From the NCBI GenBank assembly GCA_035315805.1, contig DATFXN010000053.1, positions 25 through 64,024 of the forward strand: a stretch of DNA of 64,000 nucleotides. Reading direction: 5' to 3'. The stretch is from Chthoniobacterales bacterium. GTDB taxonomy: Bacteria > Verrucomicrobiota > Verrucomicrobiia > Chthoniobacterales > UBA10450. Numbering within the stretch: position 1 is the first letter of the stretch; every line of letters starts with the position of its first letter. This document shows positions 27,682 to 37,436 of the stretch, in pieces. The notes under the pieces were generated by a model that was not told where the DNA came from, made no database searches, and saw only the letters and a program-made list of their open reading frames with translations. Made by a program: the position numbers and the translations under genes.

Positions 27682-28305
27682 GTGAATTACGACCAAGCCC
27701 ACAAACATCTTGCGGCGAGCGATCCGCGAATAGCCGCGCTCATCGCCCGCTCGCTGCGTTACAACGTGAAACCGAACGGTCTTATACGCCCTTTCGATGC
27801 GCTGGCCGAATCGATTGCGTATCAGCAGTTGAACGGCAAAGCCGCCGCGACCATCTGGGGCCGTGTTCGTGCAGTTTATCCGGTACAAAAATTTCTCGAC
27901 CCATTGCTGGTTCTCAAAACGCCGGATCGAAAACTGCGCGCCGCCGGTTTGTCGCGCAGCAAGGTGGCGGCGCTAAAGGATCTGGCTGCAAAAACGATTG
28001 ACGGTACAGTGCCGAGCGCGCGAGCAATGGCGAAAATGACCGACGAAGAAATCATTGAGCGGCTGATCACCGTTCGCGGGATCGGGCGTTGGACTGTTGA
28101 GATGCTGCTCCTTTTCGATCTTGGCCGGCCCGACGTCTGGCCGGTCCACGACTACGGGGTGCGCAAAGGGTTCGCGAAAACATTTGGCAAAAGAAAACTT
28201 CCGAAACCGAAAGAGCTGATGAAATTTGGCGAAAGATGGCGGCCACATCGCTCAGTCGCAGCGTGGTATTTCTGGCGTGCGCTGGATGAGCCGGAGAAAA
28301 GTTAA
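27682..28305 (+). CDS. DNA-3-methyladenine glycosylase II-like (HhH-GPD, AlkA family)
   Basis: HhH-GPD core ..LITVRGIGRWTVEMLLLF..PDVWPVHDYGVRKG..; GTG start. Confidence 0.8.
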   Translation: MNYDQAHKHLAASDPRIAALIARSLRYNVKPNGLIRPFDALAESIAYQQLNGKAAATIWGRVRAVYPVQKFLDPLLVLKTPDRKLRAAGLSRSKVAALKDLAAKTIDGTVPSARAMAKMTDEEIIERLITVRGIGRWTVEMLLLFDLGRPDVWPVHDYGVRKGFAKTFGKRKLPKPKELMKFGERWRPHRSVAAWYFWRALDEPEKS

Positions 28306-28316
28306 AAACGTTACAT

Positions 28317-28352
28317 CGTTACAAAGCAAATTCCGTTGTAGCCTTTGTAACG
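28317..28352. repeat. perfect 10-bp inverted repeat CGTTACAAAG-N16-CTTTGTAACG
   Basis: read directly; lies between the alkA-like stop and the next start; no T-run. Confidence 0.6.
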
Positions 28353-28417
28353 TATTCAACCATTTCACTTGCGCGAAGCGTTGACTTTGCGCGCACTGAT
28401 CACTAAAACGCGGGATT

Positions 28418-29308
28418 ATGGCGATGATCCACGTTAATCGGGGCGCAACGAGTCTGGGCGCATTTCCGGAAGAACAGGTTCGCGAAGGCATTCGCGCCGG
28501 CCGCTTTGCTGGAAGCGATCTCGGCTGGAAAGAAGGCATGACCAACTGGCAGCCGCTTTCGCAATTTAGCGAGTTTGCTGGCGATTTTCCGGCAGCGGCT
28601 GCCGCTGGCGCCCCACCTCATCAAACTCCGACTCCAAGCGCTCCTGTGCCAGCCGCGGGATCGACATCGGCGCCGCGAAGCGGTCTGCCTTGGGACGAAC
28701 GCCAGAGCAAAGGGTTGTTTTCGGCATTCATCGAAACACTGCAAGTGGTTCTAACCAGACCGGGCGAGGCGTTCACGACCATGAGGCGCGAAGGTGGTTT
28801 GGGCGAACCGCTGCTCTACGCCGTAATCGGCGGCAGCGTTGGCGGAATCGTCTCGTTTCTTTTCTCGCTTGGCTTTCAGTCCCTTGGTATATTCGGCAAC
28901 CGCCACAACGCCTTCGCAGTGATGGCCGGAATGGGAATTGGCTCGGTATTCTTCATCATTCTGTTACCGCTTCTCATCACCATCGGATTGTTCATCGGTA
29001 GCGCGATTGTGCATCTCTGCTTGATGATTGTCGGGGGCGCTAAGCAAGCATTTGAGACCACTTTCCGGGTGGTCGCCTTTTCTCAAGGCTCGACTGGTCC
29101 GTTGCAGATGATTCCAGTGTGCGGTGGCCTGATCGCCGGAGTGTGGGCCCTCGTACTCAATTGCATCGGACTTGCGCGGGCGCATGAAACCGAGACAGGT
29201 CGCGCAGTTCTGGCCGTCTTGCTGCCGCTGATCGTTTGCTGCGGCGGCGGATTTTTGCTCCTGATGATGTTCGGGGCACTCGGCGCCTGGAGCGCATCGC
29301 AGCACTGA
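28418..29308 (+). CDS. GYF_2 (DUF4339) domain + Yip1-like membrane domain protein
   Basis: N-terminal ..GAFPEEQVREGIRAGRFAGSDLGWKEGMTNWQPLSQF.., Pro/Ala linker, C-terminal five-TM Yip1-like region. Confidence 0.6.
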   Translation: MAMIHVNRGATSLGAFPEEQVREGIRAGRFAGSDLGWKEGMTNWQPLSQFSEFAGDFPAAAAAGAPPHQTPTPSAPVPAAGSTSAPRSGLPWDERQSKGLFSAFIETLQVVLTRPGEAFTTMRREGGLGEPLLYAVIGGSVGGIVSFLFSLGFQSLGIFGNRHNAFAVMAGMGIGSVFFIILLPLLITIGLFIGSAIVHLCLMIVGGAKQAFETTFRVVAFSQGSTGPLQMIPVCGGLIAGVWALVLNCIGLARAHETETGRAVLAVLLPLIVCCGGGFLLLMMFGALGAWSASQH

Positions 29309-29316
29309 CGGACCGG

Positions 29317-29742
29317 ATGCAGGTTTCGCGACAGCGGCTGAATCCAAGCGAAATCGATCACGAGCTTATCTGGCTAAGCATATCGCTCGCGTCGCTCGCA
29401 TTGGCCGCTGGATGGTTCGCACTCCGCTTGCCTTGGCCGCATTGTGTTTTTCTGGCAATTACCGGTCACCCTTGTCTGACCTGCGGCGCGACTCGCGCGG
29501 CCATCGCCTTCTTCCATCTGGATTTCTGGAGCGCCTGGAAATTGAATCCGCTGGTTTTCACAATCCTTTACGGATTGTCGATCTTCGACGCTTACGCTTT
29601 CGCCGTTTTGGTTCTTCGCGCGCCGCGATTGCGCATCGTGCAATTTACCGCTGCGGAAAAAAGTTTTCTCCGGATCGTCGCGCTTGTCGCGCTGCTCTCA
29701 AACTGGATTTATCTGCTCTCGCGGCCGCGGGATTTGTTCTGA
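29317..29742 (+). CDS. DUF2752 membrane protein
   Basis: CVFLAITGHPCLTCGATRA motif; 3-4 TM helices; start at internal ATG 29317. Confidence 0.6.
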   Translation: MQVSRQRLNPSEIDHELIWLSISLASLALAAGWFALRLPWPHCVFLAITGHPCLTCGATRAAIAFFHLDFWSAWKLNPLVFTILYGLSIFDAYAFAVLVLRAPRLRIVQFTAAEKSFLRIVALVALLSNWIYLLSRPRDLF

Positions 29743-30427
29743 ACTGTTTCAAATCAGCCAGTTCGAGTTTTCTTAAGGCACGCCACTGTCCAGGCGGCAA
29801 ATCGCCCAACCCCAGACTTCCAATTCGGACGCGCACCAGCCGTTTCACTTCGTAACCGATCGCGTAAAACATCCGCCTAATTTGCTGATTGATTCCCTGC
29901 CGGAGGACAACTCGCAGTCGCGTCGGCCCGATCGAGTGCAGTCGGGCAATTCGCGCGCGTTGACCGTCCAAAGAGGTGCCTCGCAAAAGTTTCGGCGCCA
30001 GCGCGCGGTCCCATTGTTGATCTAACGTGACCTCGTATTCCTTTTCGATTTTGAATCGTGGATGGGTTAGTCGTTGCGCGAGATCGCCGTCGTTCGTTAG
30101 CAAAAGCAGGCCTTCGCTTTGGGCGTCGAGCCGTCCGATATAAAAAAGGCGGGGGAACCTTGGCGGTAGCAAATCAAAGATCGTGTCCCGCGCGTGCGGA
30201 TCGCTTCGAGTCGAAACAAACCCGGCCGGTTTGTGCAACGCGATCGTCAGCGCTGGCTCGATACGAACGAGCTTACCATCGACTTTGACATGATCGTGTT
30301 CGGTTGGTTGCGCGCTGAAGGTTGTGCAGACGCGGCCATTGATCGTAACCCGGCGGGCAGCGATCAGCTCGTCACATTTTCGACGCGAACCGACTCCGGC
30401 CGCGGCGAGATAACGGTTTAGCCGCAC
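29645..30427 (-). CDS. rluB: 23S rRNA pseudouridine synthase, RsuA/RluB family
   Basis: S4 domain MRLNRYLAAAGVGSRRKCDELI.., catalytic ..YIGRLDAQSEGLLLLTNDG.., basic C-terminal tail. The 3' end overlaps the convergent DUF2752 gene by 98 nt. Confidence 0.85.
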   Translation of the reverse strand: MRLNRYLAAAGVGSRRKCDELIAARRVTINGRVCTTFSAQPTEHDHVKVDGKLVRIEPALTIALHKPAGFVSTRSDPHARDTIFDLLPPRFPRLFYIGRLDAQSEGLLLLTNDGDLAQRLTHPRFKIEKEYEVTLDQQWDRALAPKLLRGTSLDGQRARIARLHSIGPTRLRVVLRQGINQQIRRMFYAIGYEVKRLVRVRIGSLGLGDLPPGQWRALRKLELADLKQFRTNPAAARADKSSLRAARQARRSGENFFPQR

Positions 30428-30502
30428 GTAATTCGTTAATCGAGATTCGTTAAATCATAAACCGTCTGTCCGATTTAACGATTCAACTCTTCTCGTCCGG
30501 AA

Positions 30503-30658
30503 TCAGGCGTCCGGCTTGGTTTTGGGAAGACCGATTACTTTGCGGCCCTCTTTCCACTGGCCGCGTTTTTTGAGTAGCTCGACGCGCTCGAAACGCTTCA
30601 GGACATTGCGTTTCGCAACAATCGTGCTGGCTCCTCTGAGACTTCGATGCTGCGACAT
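30503..30658 (-). CDS. small basic protein (TIGR04137-like, recalled)
   Basis: MSQHRSLRGASTIVAKRNVLKRFERVELLKKRGQWKEGRKVIGLPKTK; an alternative upstream ATG is at 30706. Confidence 0.45.
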   Translation of the reverse strand: MSQHRSLRGASTIVAKRNVLKRFERVELLKKRGQWKEGRKVIGLPKTKPDA

Positions 30659-30753
30659 AAATTCGTTGAAGGGTTGGAGGTGTTGAAGCGGTTGTCGCTC
30701 CGACACGAAAGAGCCAAGAACTTACACAGCTCGGCCCTCTTTTCAATTCGCGA

Positions 30754-32532
30754 TCAGAGCTGATTGCTAAGAACGACGCAGCGCCCCGTGGCCATAACTT
30801 GGTGATAAATGTGAAAGCGGGCGGTTAACATCCGTTGCCAATATGGAATGCGCTCCTGTCTGATGATCAAAAAAATGGTCTGTGGGTCGCCCCAGTGCTG
30901 CAGGATTGCATCCTCGGTGATTGAGACACTCGCGCCGCCGGCGACGTGCATCTCGTCGTTGACCGGCTCGTTCACCAGATAAAATCGACGGTGCAAATAG
31001 AAGACGAGACTGCTCGCGTCATCGAGTTCGCCTTCGTAAACCACCGCATCTTTATCGGTCAGCCGGCTTTCCAAAAAGCGAGCTGCTTCCGCAAGTGAAA
31101 ATTGGGGCGCCATGCGAGCCACGCCATCCGCCAACGAAAGTCCAATAGGGAGCATCGCCGCGGCCATGACGCTCAGGCAAAGTCGTGGCCGATCTTTTAC
31201 CGCCAGGCAGAGCGCAACGATCGACGCCACCATTAGAGAAACGGCGATGACAAGAAACATTGGGCGCAAGATTCCCCATGCTGACTCAGGCAACATTTGT
31301 AACGCGCGCGAGGTTGTCCAACTGCCGTCGAGAGCCGTCTCGCCCTGACTGAGTGGATGGAACCAGAGCACCATTGCGCCGACGCCGATTCCCATCGCAC
31401 CGACAAGTCCCGCGCCTGCGACTTGCCATCGTTGCGCCAGTCTTTCCCAGGCGGTCGCGGCAAAAATCCCGAACGCGCTCCACATGCTCATCGAATAATA
31501 ATCCTGCCGTTGGCCGATGATCAGCAGCGGCAGAAAAACGACCGCCATCCAGACCAGCGGCAGAACTTCGGTAAACTCCAGTTCGCGCGGACGAATGATT
31601 TTTCGCCATGCAAAAATTGCACCAGGAAGCACAGCCATAGACCAGGGGCACCACCAAACCAGATGCATCCAAAGAAATTGGAGCGGCGGAACACCGTTAT
31701 CGTTTCCCGGAACCTGGGAGAAGGAGCGCACGTGTCCCAACCATTCGACCTGTATGAGTTGCCTCAAAAAACCGGGATAATGCAATTCGGTTGCGATGTA
31801 CCAAGGCACAAATAGCACGGCAAAGATCGACATATAACCCCAGTGAAAGAGCTTGCGGAAGCGCAGTCGCGCGTCGCGATAAAGGACCGCCAGAAAAATC
31901 AAAATCGACAGTGGGTAAATCAGGCCGAGCAAGCTTTTGGTCAAACAAGCGAGTGCGCAACAGATCCAAAATCCGAGAAACCAAAAGCTACGACCGCGTC
32001 GTCTTTGATAACCACAGACTCCGCAAAAAATCGCGCCGGTGATAAACGCGCTGAATACCGGCTCGGGCATGATGACGCGCCCGAGCAACGATGTCCCACA
32101 GCAGGAAAGATAGATCAGGCCGGCAAAAAATCCGCGCCAGTAGTCTCGCAATTTTTCGGCAATCAGGAATGTTAGCGCCACGCTCGCGATCGTTGCCAAT
32201 GCGATCGGTAGGCGCGCCGTAGCGGAGTTTATTCCAAAAATCTTGAACGAACCGACAATGAGCCAATAGAGAAGGGGGGGTTTCGGCAAGCGGGGCAAAC
32301 CGTCGTTAGTCGGCAATAGCCACTGGTGGGCTTGAATCATCTCCCGCGCGGCGCCTGCATACTGTCCTTCGGTGTGACTATAGAGATCGCCCCAGCCAAT
32401 CGTGGTCAGATGAAGCAACGCCGCCAGCGCGAGCAATGACCCAAAAAGAGCGTGACGTAATGCCGGCGGCGGTATGGCTGGCGGCTCCAGCAGCGCGTCC
32501 TCAATCGTGAAAGTGCGGGCGCTCGCGGTCAT
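30754..32532 (-). CDS. ArnT/PMT-like GT-C glycosyltransferase (family 39/83)
   Basis: ..[40 protein letters not shown].. followed by ~12 TM helices. Confidence 0.8.
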   Translation of the reverse strand: MTASARTFTIEDALLEPPAIPPPALRHALFGSLLALAALLHLTTIGWGDLYSHTEGQYAGAAREMIQAHQWLLPTNDGLPRLPKPPLLYWLIVGSFKIFGINSATARLPIALATIASVALTFLIAEKLRDYWRGFFAGLIYLSCCGTSLLGRVIMPEPVFSAFITGAIFCGVCGYQRRRGRSFWFLGFWICCALACLTKSLLGLIYPLSILIFLAVLYRDARLRFRKLFHWGYMSIFAVLFVPWYIATELHYPGFLRQLIQVEWLGHVRSFSQVPGNDNGVPPLQFLWMHLVWWCPWSMAVLPGAIFAWRKIIRPRELEFTEVLPLVWMAVVFLPLLIIGQRQDYYSMSMWSAFGIFAATAWERLAQRWQVAGAGLVGAMGIGVGAMVLWFHPLSQGETALDGSWTTSRALQMLPESAWGILRPMFLVIAVSLMVASIVALCLAVKDRPRLCLSVMAAAMLPIGLSLADGVARMAPQFSLAEAARFLESRLTDKDAVVYEGELDDASSLVFYLHRRFYLVNEPVNDEMHVAGGASVSITEDAILQHWGDPQTIFLIIRQERIPYWQRMLTARFHIYHQVMATGRCVVLSNQL

Positions 32533-32951
32533 CTTTTGGAGTGATCACTAAACCTCTTCCAATCCTCCGGCAGCCGCACCACTTTCGCATCCGGCATCTG
32601 GACAAGCGCAACCATTTGCCGGCACTCGGCAATTAGAGTTTGATCTCTCGGACGCGTGATTCGAAACGCGCACCAGAACCTCGCGCGCTCGAGTTGGTCT
32701 AGCCACGCTTCGATCACGAGCCGGTCGCCCAGTTTTGCTGCGCGCCGATAATCAATCTCGGTCCGAACGACTGCCGGATATTGTTCCGTCTCTTCCATTT
32801 CGCTTAATCGCAACCCGAGCTCTTCCGCGAGCGCAGTCCGAGCGATCTCGATGAATCGCAAGTAGGCGATGTTGGAAACGACGCCGCCTGAATCGGTGTC
32901 GAAAAACATCACCTGCACTTCGCTACGGACGCGTGGCGGCATGGTGTTCAT
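32529..32951 (-). CDS. acyl-CoA thioesterase, 4HBT/YbgC-like hotdog fold
   Basis: ..[24 protein letters not shown]..; ATGA overlaps with both neighbouring genes. Confidence 0.7.
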   Translation of the reverse strand: MNTMPPRVRSEVQVMFFDTDSGGVVSNIAYLRFIEIARTALAEELGLRLSEMEETEQYPAVVRTEIDYRRAAKLGDRLVIEAWLDQLERARFWCAFRITRPRDQTLIAECRQMVALVQMPDAKVVRLPEDWKRFSDHSKR

Positions 32952-34846
32952 CGCAAGATCGACATCATGGCGTCTACGACTTCCTGAGTCTCGACTTCTT
33001 TCATGCAGCGGAAGTCGATGGGGCATTGGCGCAGAAAACACGGACTGCATTCGACGTGGTGGCGAATAAGGATGTGCCCGTTGCCGAGCGGACCCGTCAA
33101 CGCCGGTTCAGTCGAGCCGAAGATGGCGACGACGGGCACGCCGAGCAACGCGGCAAGGTGCATTGTCCCGGTGTCGTTGGTCAAAAGAGCGCGGCACTTG
33201 CGCAGTTCATCAATCAACTGGTCTAAAGTCGTCTGGCCGATTCGATTCACGCAATTTTCGCCGAGTGCGGTGGCGATTTTTTCCCCGATGGCTTTATCCC
33301 TGCTGGTCCCGAGCAAAATCCACTTCGCTTTTGGCGCGGAGATCGCCGACGCCGTTTCGGCAAAACGCTCGGCCAACCACTGTTTGGCCGGTCCATACTC
33401 CGCGCCGGGACAAAGACCAAGCGAAGTTTGATGTTTAGTGTTTGAGGTTTGAGGTAAGGAGAAATTGCCGATCTTTGCGGTTACATCGACATCCGCGCCG
33501 CAATCGTTGGCGATTCGCTGGAAACGCATGGCATGATGCTCGGGCGCGGCTGGTTGACTTGGTTCGCGAACGATTTGGTTTAGAAGCCAGCTGCGCGCGT
33601 GTCCGCGATACCCGACTTTCCGCTGAACTGGCCACGCTTCCAAGGCCACGCGCAGAGAATTTGGAAACAAAACCGCAGCATCGAATCTCGCCTGTCGCAC
33701 GATCAGGCGAGTCGCCGCAAAAAGAGATCTGGTCGGGAGCGACAAAATTTCGTCCACTTCCGAAATCAATTTCCACATCGGCGCAATTTTTTCCGGCGCG
33801 AGAATCGTGACATGCGCATCCGGCCGGCCTTTTTTGATCGCGCGCACGGCCGGGACGCTCATGACCGCGTCGCCCAGCCAATTGCTGCTTCGGATGAGAA
33901 TCCGGAACGGTTTCAGTTGTTTCGGTAGCAGATTTTTCGGGATAAAGACGCCGCGCTTGTAACGCACGAGAAGAAAATTCGGGCGCGGCGTTTTCCAGCG
34001 ATTGTGCAGCCAAAAGCCGTCTTCCGGCGCGGCCCGAGTTTGTCTCTCGATTAGCTCATTCGCTTTCGCCGTGATCGCTTCGACTGAGTCGCCTGGTTCA
34101 TCAATGCGTTCGGTGAACTGCATGCGCCAGCGTCCGGGCGCTTCGGTGTAAATGGCGGTCCCGAGCACGGCTGCCGCAGTGCGTTTTGCCAAGAGTGCCG
34201 GCAGCGATGTCGTTGAGGCGAGCTTCCGGAAAAACGGCGCCCAAAGACCCTGATCGCCGGCATGTTGGTCGCTCAGAATGCCGATGCCGTTTCCGCCGCG
34301 CAGCAGTTCGACAGCTTTATGGAAGCCTTCGTTGCGATCAAAGAGTTCGACTCCAGCACGTCCGCGCAATCTGCGGACGTGATTGTCGATGTATCGATTT
34401 TTTAGCGGCTGATAAATGGTGCTGGCGCGGATGTAGGGGAGCACCGCAGGAAACATGAGCGCTTGAGCCTCCCAGTTACCAATGTGACTGAGGATGACCA
34501 CAAGGGGCCGGCCGGCGCGGAGCTCGCGATGCGCTGCGTCCGCATTTTCAATTCGAACATGCGCGCGCGCTTGGCCGAGAGGCATCGCAGCAAGCTTCAA
34601 TCCGGAAAGTAAATTTGCGCCGAGCCGTTGAAAATGGCGGCGGACGAGAGCACGCTTTTCGCGCGGCGATTTTTCCGTGCCGAATGCGATGTCGATGTTA
34701 TGAAATCCGAGTCGCCGGTATTTTCCCAGCAAGAGCCAAGCGCAGAGACCGAGCGCGTTTCCAAGGCCAAACGCAGTCCGCACGGGCAGGAGACCAATCA
34801 TGGCAAAACCTGCGCGATAAATCAGGTAAACGAAGTATTCGAACAT
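32948..34846 (-). CDS. fusion: LpxL/HtrB-like lipid A (lysophospholipid) acyltransferase + GT9 heptosyltransferase (WaaF/WaaC-like)
   Basis: N-terminal ~300 aa are LpxL-like (..LSHIGNWE.., ..GILSDQHAG..). C-terminal ~330 aa are GT9 (ILIRSSNWLGDAVMSVPAVRAIK.., ..LLTNDTGTMHLAALLGVPVVAIFG..). Start at MFEYFVYL (34846). Confidence 0.8.
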   Translation of the reverse strand: MFEYFVYLIYRAGFAMIGLLPVRTAFGLGNALGLCAWLLLGKYRRLGFHNIDIAFGTEKSPREKRALVRRHFQRLGANLLSGLKLAAMPLGQARAHVRIENADAAHRELRAGRPLVVILSHIGNWEAQALMFPAVLPYIRASTIYQPLKNRYIDNHVRRLRGRAGVELFDRNEGFHKAVELLRGGNGIGILSDQHAGDQGLWAPFFRKLASTTSLPALLAKRTAAAVLGTAIYTEAPGRWRMQFTERIDEPGDSVEAITAKANELIERQTRAAPEDGFWLHNRWKTPRPNFLLVRYKRGVFIPKNLLPKQLKPFRILIRSSNWLGDAVMSVPAVRAIKKGRPDAHVTILAPEKIAPMWKLISEVDEILSLPTRSLFAATRLIVRQARFDAAVLFPNSLRVALEAWPVQRKVGYRGHARSWLLNQIVREPSQPAAPEHHAMRFQRIANDCGADVDVTAKIGNFSLPQTSNTKHQTSLGLCPGAEYGPAKQWLAERFAETASAISAPKAKWILLGTSRDKAIGEKIATALGENCVNRIGQTTLDQLIDELRKCRALLTNDTGTMHLAALLGVPVVAIFGSTEPALTGPLGNGHILIRHHVECSPCFLRQCPIDFRCMKEVETQEVVDAMMSILR

Positions 34847-35000
34847 CGACGTGGCAGAGGTTTCCAGCTGTGTTGGCCATAGACAAGATGTCTGGGCCAC
34901 GGCGCGTCCAGCGTAAATTTGCCTGCGCACGGCTGCAATGAATATAATGTGGCGATTCGAGCGGAGCTTCGTTAGGCAGATAAGGGTCCGCCAAACACTG

Positions 35001-35738
35001 ATGAGCAAGAAAGATTTATGGATGGGCCTGAATGAGCACGCACGAAAAGCGCTCAGCCCGCGCGATTACAAAACCGGTTCACTGGTACAACGCATTGCAG
35101 AGTCGGGCGTCGATGCGTCCGAGCTCGCCTCAATTCGGGGCAAATCAGGGTTGAAGGAGGTTTGGATTCCCGGCGTTGAAATTTTTGCCAGAGAAATTCG
35201 TCTGCAACGTCATCGTGGTAGTTTTGGCGAATTGGGCCGCGAGGCGCGGGGGGTTCTCGGCCGGATAAGGCTTTGGCCGAGGCAGTGGTCAGCTGCGCGA
35301 ATGTTCGCGAACACTGCGAAAGGTTTTCATATTCATCCACCGCACATTCCGCCGGATGCTAAGGCAGAGAAATGGCTGCGGCGTTTGTTCATCAATCAAC
35401 CGCAAAACTATTCGCTGCGACCGTACGATCGCGAACAATGGGACATCATGTTTTTCCTCCAAGGTCGTGCGGAAATTTTTCTGCGTGACGTCCGGGCCGG
35501 CCTGCCTGCGCGGAGCATGCATTTTTTTGTCGACGGCGACAATTATCGCAGCCGCAACAATGTCGGCGTCGTGATTCCGCCCGGCGTCGCGCATGCTATT
35601 CGAGCCGAGGGCTCGGAGGATGTGATCATGGTTTACGGCACGAGCACCACGTTTCAGCCGGATTTCGAAGGCCGCATCGCCAGCGAAATCGAAACGGCCG
35701 AGCTGCCCGAGTCTTGGCGAAAATTTTTATCGCTATAG
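35001..35738 (+). CDS. cupin protein related to dTDP-4-dehydrorhamnose 3,5-epimerase (tentative)
   Basis: ..AKGFHIHPP.. and ..VVIPPGVAHAIRAEG.. cupin strands; family assignment from memory. Confidence 0.45.
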   Translation: MSKKDLWMGLNEHARKALSPRDYKTGSLVQRIAESGVDASELASIRGKSGLKEVWIPGVEIFAREIRLQRHRGSFGELGREARGVLGRIRLWPRQWSAARMFANTAKGFHIHPPHIPPDAKAEKWLRRLFINQPQNYSLRPYDREQWDIMFFLQGRAEIFLRDVRAGLPARSMHFFVDGDNYRSRNNVGVVIPPGVAHAIRAEGSEDVIMVYGTSTTFQPDFEGRIASEIETAELPESWRKFLSL

Positions 35739-35799
35739 CGGCGCGCGTGTGAACGTCTGATGAATTGATGCAGCGGTCATAGACCGCCACTACAGTTGA

Positions 35800-36492
35800 T
35801 TGATGAAGCGGCGCTTCCATCCAGCTGAGCTCGAACTGATGGACCGACCGCAGCCGGTCTCGCCCGAACTGGAGCGCGATCTCGAAAACATTCGCGAGCT
35901 CAATCGCTGGTTTGGCAGTTACGCGCTGATTTCGATGTTCCTGAGCCGTTGGATAAAACCCAGTGCGGGCATGCGCATTCTCGATCTTGCGACCGGCTCG
36001 GGCGATATCCCGCGCTTGATCGCCGAGTACGGACGCAAAGTTGGCGCGAACCTTCACATCGACGCGCTGGATCGACAATCGTCGACGCTTGAGATCGCGA
36101 AAAAGCTGAGCGCTCATTATCCAGAAATCACTTTTGTCGAAGGAAACATTTTGGAATGGAGTGCATCCGAACCATGCGACTTGGTGCTGTGCACGATGGC
36201 GCTGCATCATTTCAGCGAGGACGAGGCGGTGCGCGTACTTCGACGTTGTCACGAACAGTCACGAAAGTTTGTGCTCGTCTCCGATTTGCAGCGCAGTTTG
36301 CTCGGCACGATCGGCGTTCACATTTTGACGACAACCATGTTTCGCGAGCGGATGACCAAATACGACGCGCGACTGTCGATGGTGCGTGCATTTTCCTTCG
36401 CCGAAATGAGCCAACTCGCGCGCAGCGCCGGCTGGCGAAATTTTGGGCACAGAAAATTCGCGTTCTCTCGACAGGCGATCTGGCTCGAATAG
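35800..36492 (+). CDS. class I SAM-dependent methyltransferase
   Basis: Motif I RILDLATGSGDIPR; ..LVLCTMALHHF.. Confidence 0.75.
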   Translation: MMKRRFHPAELELMDRPQPVSPELERDLENIRELNRWFGSYALISMFLSRWIKPSAGMRILDLATGSGDIPRLIAEYGRKVGANLHIDALDRQSSTLEIAKKLSAHYPEITFVEGNILEWSASEPCDLVLCTMALHHFSEDEAVRVLRRCHEQSRKFVLVSDLQRSLLGTIGVHILTTTMFRERMTKYDARLSMVRAFSFAEMSQLARSAGWRNFGHRKFAFSRQAIWLE

Positions 36493-36611
36493 CGATTAAA
36501 TTTCCCGGCGCCCAATTTCCTGAAAGAAATTTCAGCTTCGTGCGTAAATCAGATCTGCGGCCAGTAAAGTTCCAATTCGCACGGCGTCCTGGAGTAGTTC
36601 ATGATGGGCAG

Positions 36612-37436
36612 GTGCAAATTGTGGACGCCATTGCCAACGTTCCACGCCAGCGTGCGCGGGCCCGCGTGCTCGTGCCGACGATGGGTGCCTTGCACAAGGG
36701 GCATGAGGAATTGATTAGAGTCGCACGGGAGCGAGCTGGAAGAGACGGTGAAGTTGTGGTCAGCATTTTTGTCAATCCGCTCCAATTCGAGCCGGGAGGC
36801 GATTATGAACGATACCCGCGGCCGGAAAGGGAAGATGAGGAGTTTTGCCGCAAGTTGGATGTCGATCTTCTATTCCGGCCGAGTGTGGCGGAGATGTATC
36901 CGGAAAATAGCTCGGTGTTTGTCGATGAAGCGTTGCTGTCGAGTGTGCTGGAAGGCAAATCGCGTCCAGGACATTTTCGCGGGGTCTGCACGGTGGTGGC
37001 CAAGCTGTTCAACATTTTGCAGCCGAATGCCGCAATCTTTGGACAAAAGGATTTTCAACAACTTGCCATCATTCGTCGCATGGTGCGCGATTTGAATTTC
37101 AAGATCGACATCGCGGCGGTGCCGACCGTACGCGAAGAGGACGGGCTCGCATGCAGTTCTCGGAATGCTTATTTAAACGCCGAAGAGCGAAAGCAGGCCG
37201 CCGTGTTGCGCAAAGCGTTGCGGGCCGCGAAGGATTCTGGAAAGAAATCGGCAAAGGAGATTGTCGATCTTGCTCGCCAAGCAATTAGCGGAGCGCCGCT
37301 GGCACGGATCGATTATGTCGATGTGGTGGATGCCGAGAGTTTGCAGTCGATAGAATCGGTTAAGCCGAACTCACTTCTTGCGGTAGCGGTTTATTTTGGA
37401 AAGACGCGCCTGATCGATAACATTCTTCTCCCGTGA
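36612..37436 (+). CDS. panC: pantoate--beta-alanine ligase
   Basis: VLVPTMGALHKGHEELI, VVSIFVNPLQF, FGQKDFQQL; GTG start chosen at 36612. Confidence 0.9.
   Translation: MQIVDAIANVPRQRARARVLVPTMGALHKGHEELIRVARERAGRDGEVVVSIFVNPLQFEPGGDYERYPRPEREDEEFCRKLDVDLLFRPSVAEMYPENSSVFVDEALLSSVLEGKSRPGHFRGVCTVVAKLFNILQPNAAIFGQKDFQQLAIIRRMVRDLNFKIDIAAVPTVREEDGLACSSRNAYLNAEERKQAAVLRKALRAAKDSGKKSAKEIVDLARQAISGAPLARIDYVDVVDAESLQSIESVKPNSLLAVAVYFGKTRLIDNILLP

Noticed and set aside
36156-36611. 5' extension of the panC ORF (426 aa in the track)
   Set aside because: It overlaps the methyltransferase gene out of frame. PanC homology begins near the GTG at 36612.
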